Source of the DNA: Promethearchaeota archaeon
GTDB taxonomy: Archaea; Asgardarchaeota; Lokiarchaeia; Sigyniarchaeales; SOKP01
Direction: 5' to 3'
DNA length: 62,952 nt
Assembly: GCA_016839705.1 (NCBI GenBank)
Contig: JAEOTR010000065.1
Location: 1-62,952 of the forward strand
The notes under the pieces are model-generated. The model was not told where the DNA came from. It worked only from the letters and a program-made list of their open reading frames with translations, and did no database searches. The position numbers were made by a program, and so were the translations under genes. Of the stretch, positions 22,241 to 31,202 are shown piece by piece; the stretch's first letter is position 1, and each line of letters begins with the position of its first letter.

Positions 22241-22420
22241 TACTCTACCTTGATTTTAATTGGATCTTGGGAATAAAGAAAACTTTACTATTTAAATATA
22301 ACAGAATTGATCGTCTTGATATAAAAAGATTATTGTACCTATATAACTGATGGTCAAAAAATAGCAGTAAACCAAAGATTTTAGTAGTAAAATTTAATGA
22401 ATTGCATGCAAACTCCGTTA

Positions 22421-23743
22421 CTATTTGAATTTTGGCAAATAATTTTTCTGTAACTCAATCATTTCATTGAATATATTTTCAGCCATTTTAAAGCTACCTA
22501 CATTAGGATCAATCACTAAACTAGCAATCGCAAGATCTTTTGATCGAGTTAGTACAGCTTCAACACACAAATCTTGAATTGTAGCTTCAATACGAAGTAA
22601 TGCTGCGATATTGTTCGGTAACGCCCCAAGCTTGACACCATGAACACCATCTTTATTAACTGTTGCTGAACACTCAAGAATTAAGTCTTGTGGTAAGTTT
22701 TCAATAATACTATCATTTGATATGTTAACAGCAAATTCGTAAGAATTTTTATCACTAATTATTGCTTCTATTATAGGTATAGCTCTTTCTCCTGAACGAT
22801 TATTGAACAAAAATCCCTCTTTTGGATATGTTCCTTTTTTAAGTAGCTTAAAATTTTTGTCAAATCTGCCATAAATCTTTTTTCCTTCCTTATCCATTAA
22901 ATCTATCCAATCAACCATATCTTGGGTATTCGTGAATTCCTCCCCAAATTGTAAATATTCACCTATGTGGTTATCTCCTGCATATGAAAAGTATCCAAAT
23001 CTCTTAAAAATTTCAAAGGTTAGAGAAGAAAATTCAAATCTCGCTTTGTTCTCTTGAAAATATGGAAGAGCTTTTTTATTGAATTTTGACATTAAAGATT
23101 TTTTAGTAGATAAATCTTCTAATCCCAAGAGGAATGTAAAGTGGTTAAGCCCACCGACTTTAAGCCTCAACTCTCTAATAGTTTTGTTTAACATGATAGG
23201 TAAGTGATGTGTCATGAATCCAATTTGATGACAAAGACCAACAAATTTTAATTTTTGCACGGTTCTTTTAATTGCTAGACATACTCTAGACATTGGATTT
23301 GAAAAATTAATGAAAAAAGCGTTCGGGCAGATTTCTTCAGCATCTTTAACAATTTCCAGGATAGAAGGTATTATTCTCCACGCATGGAAAGTACCACCTG
23401 GTCCACCACACTCCCCTAAAATTTGGGTGGAACCATGTTTCCTAGGTATCTCATAATCTTGTCGCCATAATTTCATTCGATTTCCCACTTCAATCGAACT
23501 GATTATAAAATCTGCATTTAAAAATGCTTTTTTTCTATCTAAAGTCATATCAATAGTGAATTTCTCATTAGACCTTTCATTTTCGGTCAGTAATAGCTCA
23601 TATATCATTTCCAATCTATTTTTATTTACATCATGAAGTACAATTGTGCAACCCTCCAATTCATTGCTTAAAAAAAGATCATTAAACATAGGAAGTCCAA
23701 ATGAGACTGAACCTGCTCCCACTAATACAATTTTCTTTTTCAC
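22421..23743 (-). CDS. Glycoside hydrolase family 4 (NAD-dependent alpha-galactosidase/glucosidase)
   Basis: VLVGAGSVSF, NFSNPM, GLCH and GLNHF; GTG start after GGAGGT. Confidence 0.9.
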   Translation of the reverse strand: MKKKIVLVGAGSVSFGLPMFNDLFLSNELEGCTIVLHDVNKNRLEMIYELLLTENERSNEKFTIDMTLDRKKAFLNADFIISSIEVGNRMKLWRQDYEIPRKHGSTQILGECGGPGGTFHAWRIIPSILEIVKDAEEICPNAFFINFSNPMSRVCLAIKRTVQKLKFVGLCHQIGFMTHHLPIMLNKTIRELRLKVGGLNHFTFLLGLEDLSTKKSLMSKFNKKALPYFQENKARFEFSSLTFEIFKRFGYFSYAGDNHIGEYLQFGEEFTNTQDMVDWIDLMDKEGKKIYGRFDKNFKLLKKGTYPKEGFLFNNRSGERAIPIIEAIISDKNSYEFAVNISNDSIIENLPQDLILECSATVNKDGVHGVKLGALPNNIAALLRIEATIQDLCVEAVLTRSKDLAIASLVIDPNVGSFKMAENIFNEMIELQKNYLPKFK

Positions 23744-23941
23744 ACTCTATAACCTCCAATATATTGGAATATGCAGATTTAGATATGTTAAAAGTTTATC
23801 GAATAAAAAGTTGGTAATAATTTTCCTTCTAAATTTCTTTATACTTCCTTGTCAATTTATATACCATTTGACGACACGTGGGAAATATATGGGCAAAGTT
23901 TAAATATTACAGTTTCCATCCTATTATTAATGAGTTTTCAC

Positions 23942-24004
23942 AATACTATGGATCATTGTGGTGGTTTTACATTATCCGTAAAACCGGTAATAATCCGTAG
24001 TATT
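23942..24004 (+). ncRNA. Candidate structured small RNA or leader hairpin
   Basis: Outer stem aatactatggat/atccgtagtatt and inner stem ggttttac/gtaaaacc. There is a TTTAAATA box upstream and a pyrimidine-rich tract downstream. Confidence 0.35.
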
Positions 24005-24159
24005 ATTAAGAGAGAATAAATCTTTCTGACCTTTTTCTTATAATTTTTACTGATTTGTTCTCTTTTACTCAAACATTTCAATAAAAATTATTCGAAATTG
24101 GCTTGGATTAGAATTTTCTTCCCTCTGGTTAACTCAATAAAAAAAGGAGGTGAATAAAG

Positions 24160-24327
24160 CTGGAAAAAGAATCAGATGATAACGATCTGATATTGGATTA
24201 TTATAAAGATTGGGATTCTTCTAAAGCCCCAGTTATGTTAGGATTTGATAGTTCTAATGATTTTACTGAAAATATAGAAAACGTGGATGAAAAAAAACTG
24301 GGGTATTTGAAAAAGAAGTATTGGTGA
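24160..24327 (+). CDS. Putative small acidic protein, 55 aa, CTG start
   Basis: Perfect GGAGGTGA at 24146-24153, 6 nt before the CTG. Sequence (L)EKESDDNDLILDYYKDWD...GYLKKKYW. Confidence 0.5.
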   Translation: MEKESDDNDLILDYYKDWDSSKAPVMLGFDSSNDFTENIENVDEKKLGYLKKKYW

Positions 24328-24358
24328 TGATTGTCCCATCCTAATTTCTTTTATTTTA

Positions 24359-24850
24359 CTATTCTTTTTTTGTCAATCTTTTCATAATTTCTTCTAACAT
24401 TTTAGGTGGCGGAGGTACATTATCTAAAATTTCAGTTACATACCCAAACATTTCTCTCGTATCATAATATACAAATCTATTTGTAGGCAGTACGCCACTA
24501 ATCATTCGTTTTAATCCCTTCTCATCCCATTTTTTAGCTTCTTTCTCGATATCGGTCACCAAAATACCAACATGATGAATTCCCCCTTCAGGGTTCTTCT
24601 CTAGAAACTCAGAATAAAGGGATTTATCATCTAATGGCTGAAATAATTCTATCATAGTACTACCGATGTTAGCAAATCCCACTTTGATTTTTAGGGGTTC
24701 AGTAAGTTCCTCAATAAATGTATTGACCTCAACAATTGAATCAATTATTCTTATTTCTGACATCCCATAAAGATCTTTAATTTTTTCTGCTATTTTTGAA
24801 AAATCTTTATACACTACTCCTATATGATGTAATCCTTCAAACTTATCTAA
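24359..24850 (-). CDS. VOC/glyoxalase family protein (methylmalonyl-CoA epimerase-like)
   Basis: MIELFQP, GGIHHVGI and VYYDT..GYVTE. The first metal-binding motif (FEGLHHIGVV) lies upstream of the listed GTG at 24814, so the start codon is uncertain. Confidence 0.82.
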   Translation of the reverse strand, partial: LDKFEGLHHIGVVYKDFSKIAEKIKDLYGMSEIRIIDSIVEVNTFIEELTEPLKIKVGFANIGSTMIELFQPLDDKSLYSEFLEKNPEGGIHHVGILVTDIEKEAKKWDEKGLKRMISGVLPTNRFVYYDTREMFGYVTEILDNVPPPPKMLEEIMKRLTKKE

Positions 24851-24952
24851 TCAATATCCTAATTTTTTTGAATTTTTTAATAGAATAAAGGTTTTTAATA
24901 CAAATATTATGAATTCCTTTAATAATTTAGACCTAACTTATAACCTTGGTTT

Positions 24953-26134
24953 TTAAATAAGTAGTGTTTCTATTCTATCTAAGGCTTCCTTAATTCTTTC
25001 TTCAGGTTGGGTTAAAGCAAATCTTACAAATCCCTCCCCATATTCCCCAAAACCCGTCCCAGGTGTGAGTATTACTCCTATATCTAGTAATTTTTTAACA
25101 AAATCAAAGCAAGTCATTTCACGGAATTTCTCAGGAATTTGCGTCCACACATAAAAAGTCGCCTTTGGTAAATCTGTTTTCCAACCTATGTTATTCAAAC
25201 CGCTAACAAGAAGATTTCTTCGTTTTTCATATATTTTTATACTCTGAGCAACAATATCAGGTTTTTCTTTAGATTTATATTCTTTCAATCCCTTGACCAC
25301 ACCTTTTTGGATAAAAATAGGCCCCCCAGAGTCGATTTGCGATTTCACCTTGCGTAACCCTTCTATTATTTCTGCATTTCCCGCAACCCAACCACAACGA
25401 AAACCAGTCATATTAAACATTTTTGATGAACTGTTTATCTCAATATGTTGATTACTCACTTGTAAAATACTCGGTGCGATATAGTCTTCGAATGTAAATT
25501 CCGAATATGGATTGTCGTATACAATGATAAAGTCATAGTCTTCTGCATAATCAACAGCTTTTTTCAAGAATTCTATAGGAGCAATAGCACCCGTGGGATT
25601 ATTTGGGTAATTTAAATACATTAATTTAGCTTTTTTTAGAATCTTTCTGTCAATATCCTCTAAATTTGGAAGATAATTATTTTCTTTTTCTAAGGGCATT
25701 AAATATGGTTTGCCATCACAGAGTTTAGACGCACCATTTGAATACACAGGATAACCCGGATTAGGGCATAATACAGTGTCTCCAGGATTAATAAATGCTC
25801 GAGCAATATTAGCAACACCTTCTTTGCCCCCCATTACATGTGTAACCTCTGTTTTGGGATTTAGATCCACTCCATATCTTACTTTATTCCATCGTGCGAC
25901 CTCCGCTCGGAAGAATTCTTCTCCCATACTCGCGGGATAATTCTGATTCTCTGGAATCTTTGCTTGCTCAATCATCTCCTGAACTATTATATCGGGTGTT
26001 GTGAGATCCGGATCCCCTATCCCTAACGGGATAAAATCTACTCCTTCCTTACGCTTTTCTGCTATAAGCTGTTCAATCTCAACAAAAATGTATTTCAATA
26101 AGCTTTTTACCCTTTCAGCATACTCTACTTTCAT
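24953..26134 (-). CDS. dapL: LL-diaminopimelate aminotransferase (class I/II PLP enzyme)
   Basis: LGIGDPD, GGKEG, YLNYPNNPTGA, SSSKMFNMTGFRCGW and GTGFGEYGEGFVRFAL. Confidence 0.85.
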   Translation of the reverse strand: MKVEYAERVKSLLKYIFVEIEQLIAEKRKEGVDFIPLGIGDPDLTTPDIIVQEMIEQAKIPENQNYPASMGEEFFRAEVARWNKVRYGVDLNPKTEVTHVMGGKEGVANIARAFINPGDTVLCPNPGYPVYSNGASKLCDGKPYLMPLEKENNYLPNLEDIDRKILKKAKLMYLNYPNNPTGAIAPIEFLKKAVDYAEDYDFIIVYDNPYSEFTFEDYIAPSILQVSNQHIEINSSSKMFNMTGFRCGWVAGNAEIIEGLRKVKSQIDSGGPIFIQKGVVKGLKEYKSKEKPDIVAQSIKIYEKRRNLLVSGLNNIGWKTDLPKATFYVWTQIPEKFREMTCFDFVKKLLDIGVILTPGTGFGEYGEGFVRFALTQPEERIKEALDRIETLLI

Positions 26135-26288
26135 ATTTCATCAAAAGTTAGTTACGTGTGTAAACATAATCATTTTTGTAATGATAAAAATTTTTTGCTT
26201 CCAATAGCTATAACTCTTTAATACAACAATAATAATAGAAAATAAGAAGCTTTTAAGGTGAAATCTGCTTAAATTAGTGATATAATTG

Positions 26289-26453
26289 CTAAACTTGGCA
26301 CTTTTGGAGTTCACGCTTATAGGATCTAATTCGATTTTGAATAACCGAAACAGGTTTGGATTCATTCTGGATTCCATAATTTTTAAGAATCGATTCTAAA
26401 AGCCGTAAGGAGTTTTCTAACATACTTTTTCTCTCCCAGATTTTATTTGTCAT
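26289..26453 (-). CDS. Putative small helical protein, 54 aa (MTNKIWERKSMLENSLRLLESIL...RIRSYKRELQKCQV)
   Basis: Read by hand; ATG after AAGGGATGA; amphipathic heptad pattern. Confidence 0.55.
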   Translation of the reverse strand: MTNKIWERKSMLENSLRLLESILKNYGIQNESKPVSVIQNRIRSYKRELQKCQV

Positions 26454-26647
26454 TTTTCATCCCTTAAATCCTTGTTAGCTCTTCTAGAAATAGATAAATA
26501 ATCTTAAAAATGAAAAGAGTCAAATAGTTTTGTAGAATTCGATTAAAGAGAAGAATTACTACGAAATATTTCTCGAAAAATAATTAAATCATTGAATCTT
26601 TTCTGGTTTAACTATAAGTATAGTTATACTTACCTTAGGAAATTAAA

Positions 26648-27751
26648 ATGAATGATAAAATTGACGTATGGAAAGGAGCAGCAAAAAACATCGTTAATGC
26701 AGGAGCTTTTCCTGTTGGTATATCTGATTCTTTAATTGAATTACTCCAAGAACTAATGACGGAAGAACAAGCGAAATTCTTATTGATATTTAAAAAATCA
26801 TCACTGACACTTGAGCAAATCAAAGAAAAAACAGATATGGATGAAGACTCTATCCTTCAAATGCTCGAAACTTTGATGTATAATGGTATAATTATTGGGG
26901 CAATGAGTAGGAGTGCCAAGGTAATGGTTTACAGGCTTATGGGACCATTTCCAGGTATATTCGAATATACAAATTTAAGAGGAGAAACAGACGAGAAACA
27001 TGTAAAACTCGCTAAATTATTTGAAAAGATGCATTCAGAAAGGAATGAAATGACTCCAGAAATTTACGAAGCCATGAAGGATACCTTCAAAGCTATGCCC
27101 CCCACTGATAGAACCTTGCCAGTTGAAAAAGAAGTCGAAGTGGGAACTGAAACTGTGATGCCATTTGAGGATATTACTAAATATGTTGAGGAATATGATG
27201 ATATTGCTGTAGCTCATTGTTACTGTCGACATCACAAAGATCTAGTGAATGATCCATGTAAGTTAGGAGCATCGAAACAAAATTGTTTCCTTTTTGACAA
27301 AAGTGCTGTGTTTGCTATTGAAAAAGAATTCGGACGACGAGTTTCTAAAGAAGAAACGTTAAAAATTTTAAGAGAAGCAGAAGACCAAGGCTTAGTACAT
27401 AAAGTGTTTCATGTTCGTTCTGATACTAACAGGGGAATAGAAGCGATTTGCAACTGCTGCAAGTGTTGTTGTGGAATTATAGGAATGTATCGAGGTGGAT
27501 CTATGCCATTACATACTGTATCCTCATATCTTGCAGAAATAGATGAAGAATTATGTGTGGGATGTGGAACCTGTCTTGAAATGTGTCCAATGGAAACGAT
27601 ATATGCTAAAGATAATATAGCTATTGTTGATTCAGATAAATGTATTGGATGTGGGGTTTGCGCTCATCATTGTCCTGAAGAGGCAATACATTTAAATAGA
27701 ACAGGCCCCAGAGATGTAATTATTCCTCCTAAGTCAGCAATAGTTAAATAA
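26648..27751 (+). CDS. Fe-S protein with Cys-rich central domain and C-terminal 2x[4Fe-4S] ferredoxin domain
   Basis: HCYCRH, ICNCCKCCCG, CVGCGTCLEMCP and CIGCGVCAHHCP. Confidence 0.88.
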   Translation: MNDKIDVWKGAAKNIVNAGAFPVGISDSLIELLQELMTEEQAKFLLIFKKSSLTLEQIKEKTDMDEDSILQMLETLMYNGIIIGAMSRSAKVMVYRLMGPFPGIFEYTNLRGETDEKHVKLAKLFEKMHSERNEMTPEIYEAMKDTFKAMPPTDRTLPVEKEVEVGTETVMPFEDITKYVEEYDDIAVAHCYCRHHKDLVNDPCKLGASKQNCFLFDKSAVFAIEKEFGRRVSKEETLKILREAEDQGLVHKVFHVRSDTNRGIEAICNCCKCCCGIIGMYRGGSMPLHTVSSYLAEIDEELCVGCGTCLEMCPMETIYAKDNIAIVDSDKCIGCGVCAHHCPEEAIHLNRTGPRDVIIPPKSAIVK

Positions 27752-27786
27752 TAAATTTTTTTATACTCTTTTGTATTTTCTATAAT

Positions 27787-29073
27787 ATGTCTTCACCAGA
27801 AAATCCAACGTGTTTCTATTGTTCTGAATATGCTAAAGTGGTTAAAGGTTATCCTACAAATTTTGCGTCTAATGATGAAAAATCCTTTACTCCTCGTTGT
27901 TTTCTTCACTGGAAATTTGAATGCAGTAAATGTGGAGTAATGACACACTTCAATGGAATTTCTTGGTGCTCTTATTGTAAAGAGTTTACGTGCTTAGGTT
28001 GTGTAGAAGAAAAAATAGTACGAAAAAAATTCCTAGCTTATGATTATTATTATAACATTCCCTGCAACAAATGTGGGAAATTCAATCCTGCTTTAGATTT
28101 TGCAGAATATAATGGAACACATCCTTTCCAAATCAAGGATCTTCAATCAGAAGAACAGATAACTGTATGGATGCCCAACAATAAAGAAGAAATCGAATCT
28201 CAAGAAATTAACCGTAAAATTTCAGGTTTGGAGAGAATTCTTTCTCTTGGAATCCATCGGACTGTCGAGAGACTTGAAACACTTGATGATTATACTCCGA
28301 AATCCACGTGGGATAAACTAGCACCTATGTATGTGAATCTTATCCATGAAGAAAATGAGTATTATCATCAATATATAATCTTGCCGGAACTGTACCGTTT
28401 GCTTGATGTGCAGAAAGACGAAAAAATTTTAGATGTTGCTTGTGGGGAGGGAAATGTTGCAAGGTATTTAACTAGAAGTGGCGCAAAGGTAACCGGGATA
28501 GACATATCAAAAACGCTTGATTATGCAATTGAAAGAGAAGAAAAGGAGAATTTAGGTATTAAATATTCGAAATTAAATGCTGAAAAGATAAGGGAAAAAT
28601 TCGAAAAATCATCTTTTGATAAAGTAGTATGTAACATGGCTCTAATGGATATTGAGGATTATAAAACTACAATACAACAAATATCTTTTGTTTTAAAGGA
28701 AAATGGAATCTTTGTGTTTAGTATTACCCATCCTGCCTTTGCCTCACCAACTTGCAGAAGACTCAGAATTCCGGAAGATAGTCAAAGAAATGAAGATACG
28801 ATAGGAATTTTCTTAGATTATTTTGATGAAAGACCAGCAGTTTACACTTTACATATTACTGATTATGGGTATGACATGACTTTTCTTACATTCCCAAGAC
28901 CTATAAGCTCTTATCTTAATGAATTAACAAAAAACAACTTAGTATTTAGGGAGATGAGTGAACCAAAAGCCTCTGAAGAATTAGTTAAAAAATTTCCAAG
29001 AAATGCATACTTATATGATGACATTCGGCCTGGTTTTCTAATTGTGAAAACAATGAAAAAATCAGATTTTTGA
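27787..29073 (+). CDS. Class I SAM-dependent methyltransferase with N-terminal Cys/His-rich domain
   Basis: ILDVACGEG, VTGIDIS, FDKVVCNMALMD and FVFSITHP; several CxxC pairs in the first ~100 aa. Confidence 0.88.
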   Translation: MSSPENPTCFYCSEYAKVVKGYPTNFASNDEKSFTPRCFLHWKFECSKCGVMTHFNGISWCSYCKEFTCLGCVEEKIVRKKFLAYDYYYNIPCNKCGKFNPALDFAEYNGTHPFQIKDLQSEEQITVWMPNNKEEIESQEINRKISGLERILSLGIHRTVERLETLDDYTPKSTWDKLAPMYVNLIHEENEYYHQYIILPELYRLLDVQKDEKILDVACGEGNVARYLTRSGAKVTGIDISKTLDYAIEREEKENLGIKYSKLNAEKIREKFEKSSFDKVVCNMALMDIEDYKTTIQQISFVLKENGIFVFSITHPAFASPTCRRLRIPEDSQRNEDTIGIFLDYFDERPAVYTLHITDYGYDMTFLTFPRPISSYLNELTKNNLVFREMSEPKASEELVKKFPRNAYLYDDIRPGFLIVKTMKKSDF

Positions 29074-29199
29074 TTAAGAACTAACTTTTTCAACAGATAG
29101 CGTCTTTCAAAAGATTTTCATCTACAACCTTCGAATACTTTTAAATCCCTTTTTACCTTTATCATAATACAAGCTTTTATAGAAAATGAGGGAATTGAT

Positions 29200-29673
29200 T
29201 TGAATAATAAAGATTATGTATGTTATTGTGGATTGTATTGCAAATTATGTAAGTTCACGTATAAGCCTGCAGATGTTCTCAAACGTGACCTAGAACATAG
29301 ACATGGGGAAGGTTTTGCTAAAGATGCCCCAGAATTTTGGAGAACTCTAACTAGGTTAGCTAGAAAGCCTAAAGATAGCTGCAGAAATGGTGGTTGCAAT
29401 GATGGTTTTCCCTGCGCTATCAGACAATGTGCTAAGGAAAGGGGAGTGTTTACTTGTCCCGAATGTGAGTTATATCCCTGTAATAAGATAAAGACGCTTG
29501 CAAAGGGAAGTTCCTTCAACATGATTTACGATGGTCATCGAATGAAAGAGATCGGCTTAGAGGTATGGCTTCAGGAACAAGAAGAGCGGATTAAGGATGG
29601 ATTCCATTATCATATGCTGCAGTGTGAACCGTGCATAGTGCCTACAATAGGCAGTGAATATGATAAGGATTAA
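29200..29673 (+). CDS. DUF3795-like Cys-rich protein
   Basis: YCGLYCKLC ... CAIRQCA ... TCPECELYPC pattern; TTG start after GAGGG. Confidence 0.82.
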   Translation: MNNKDYVCYCGLYCKLCKFTYKPADVLKRDLEHRHGEGFAKDAPEFWRTLTRLARKPKDSCRNGGCNDGFPCAIRQCAKERGVFTCPECELYPCNKIKTLAKGSSFNMIYDGHRMKEIGLEVWLQEQEERIKDGFHYHMLQCEPCIVPTIGSEYDKD

Positions 29674-29703
29674 TATTACCCATTTTAAGTTACGATTGCA
29701 ACT

Positions 29704-30942
29704 TTAAAGATAAGGTTCTTCATTCTGAGTAACTCTCGTGCGTTTTTTCAAATGTATTTTTTGGAGGATAAAATGACTTATTAAATAGCAAAGGATGACT
29801 GAAACAGTTAATACAATGATTATTTTTATAAGGGGCGAAAGGGCTATAGAAGCAATTCCTAGTGATACGGGGATTACGACGAAAGGATGAATTAGGTATA
29901 TATAATATGAGCTATCGGCAAAATTCTTTAGAAATTTTCCTTGCTTATTGAACTTTGCGTAGAAAATTTTAATTAACACAAATATCATACCCATACAAGC
30001 GATACCCTCTACCAGTGCAAATATAAGAGCCTGTAAATAAAGACCTCCGAAAAAAAGACTATAATCTGCATCTACACCTACAAAAACAAAGAAATACGTG
30101 AAAAAGAACATTACCGCGGCAAATATTGTAATAACCCAGATTTTAACCTGTCGTCTAGTCATCTGATCGAACCAACCATATCTATAAGCGATGATACCAA
30201 CGCTAAACATCATGAAATACTGAATCATGTAAGCAAGTGGTAATCCAAACGGAAATTGCTCTACGGGAACAGCTATGCGAAGTAAAAAAGTGAGAAATCC
30301 TAAACCAATAGCTAAGAGGAGTAAATAAATATATTTTGGGATGCGTAATTCCTTTGGGATGCGTCCTTGTATCGAGTTTATTTTTGTAATCTGACGCCAA
30401 ATAGTATAAACAGCAGAAAAAATTAATAGAACCACGAGAAACCATGTAATAGAAAATGAGGTTATAAAACCTACGAAATTTTCGGGAGATTGAAAAAAAC
30501 TTAAATAATACTCAATAAATGATCCTTGCGTTCGCGGATCAGAACTCATAGGTAGAATTCCTCCCGTCGCTAGGAGATAATTAATAATAGGATTAAATAT
30601 CAAAACATATAGAAGGATTGGGATACCAAGACGAAGTAATCGCTCTTTCCAGAACGAGCAGGCTCCCTTTCGATCGTAACTCTTAGGAGTAAAATAAGCG
30701 CTCATCAAAAAGAATAATCCCATTGTAGCGGCTAGAAAAAGCCCTCCAATTCCGGCTATCATATAAAGAATTGTAATAGAGATAATATCAGCTGGATTAG
30801 ACTCATTTAGTGTAGCAATATAATACCACGATCCTTCCCCTCCATAAGTGACCCTCACATGTGTGAAAATCACGAGAATAGTAAATAAGATCTTTATATT
30901 ATCAAGGAAGATAAGCCTTGGTTTCTTAGATTCTGTACTCAT
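29704..30942 (-). CDS. Acyltransferase family 3 (OpgC/MdoC-like membrane O-acyltransferase)
   Basis: FLDNIK..LVIFTH, MGLFFLMSAYF, ERLLRLGIP, WFL and SYYIYLIH; about 10 TM. Confidence 0.88.
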   Translation of the reverse strand: MSTESKKPRLIFLDNIKILFTILVIFTHVRVTYGGEGSWYYIATLNESNPADIISITILYMIAGIGGLFLAATMGLFFLMSAYFTPKSYDRKGACSFWKERLLRLGIPILLYVLIFNPIINYLLATGGILPMSSDPRTQGSFIEYYLSFFQSPENFVGFITSFSITWFLVVLLIFSAVYTIWRQITKINSIQGRIPKELRIPKYIYLLLLAIGLGFLTFLLRIAVPVEQFPFGLPLAYMIQYFMMFSVGIIAYRYGWFDQMTRRQVKIWVITIFAAVMFFFTYFFVFVGVDADYSLFFGGLYLQALIFALVEGIACMGMIFVLIKIFYAKFNKQGKFLKNFADSSYYIYLIHPFVVIPVSLGIASIALSPLIKIIIVLTVSVILCYLISHFILQKIHLKKRTRVTQNEEPYL

Positions 30943-31202
30943 GAGTTTTACTCATCTTATTTCTTTATTTAGTAAAATTGTGTTAATCCGAATATAAATG
31001 TGATCTTTTTTTAGATTTAGAACTTGTAGCCTTTTAAGACGCCAAATGATTTCACTAGCGTCTTTTCAAAGAAATTTGAAATCAGACTCTGAATTTACCT
31101 TTTCACACTGTTTTTATATTACTAAACAATCTTTTTATTTCAATTTACTTTAATTCCCTTAACTATTCAGTGTAATTTGAATCAATATTAGGAGTGAAAA
31201 TA

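Noticed and set aside
23646-23903. 85-aa ORF overlapping the GH4 start
   Set aside because: It is antisense to GH4 and runs through promoter DNA.
24851-24853. TGA ahead of the VOC gene read as selenocysteine
   Set aside because: There is no plausible upstream start in frame and no Cys-equivalent position in this family.
26141-26377. 78-aa ORF upstream of dapL
   Set aside because: It runs through AT-rich promoter sequence; the overlapping frame 26289..26453 has a better start context and composition.
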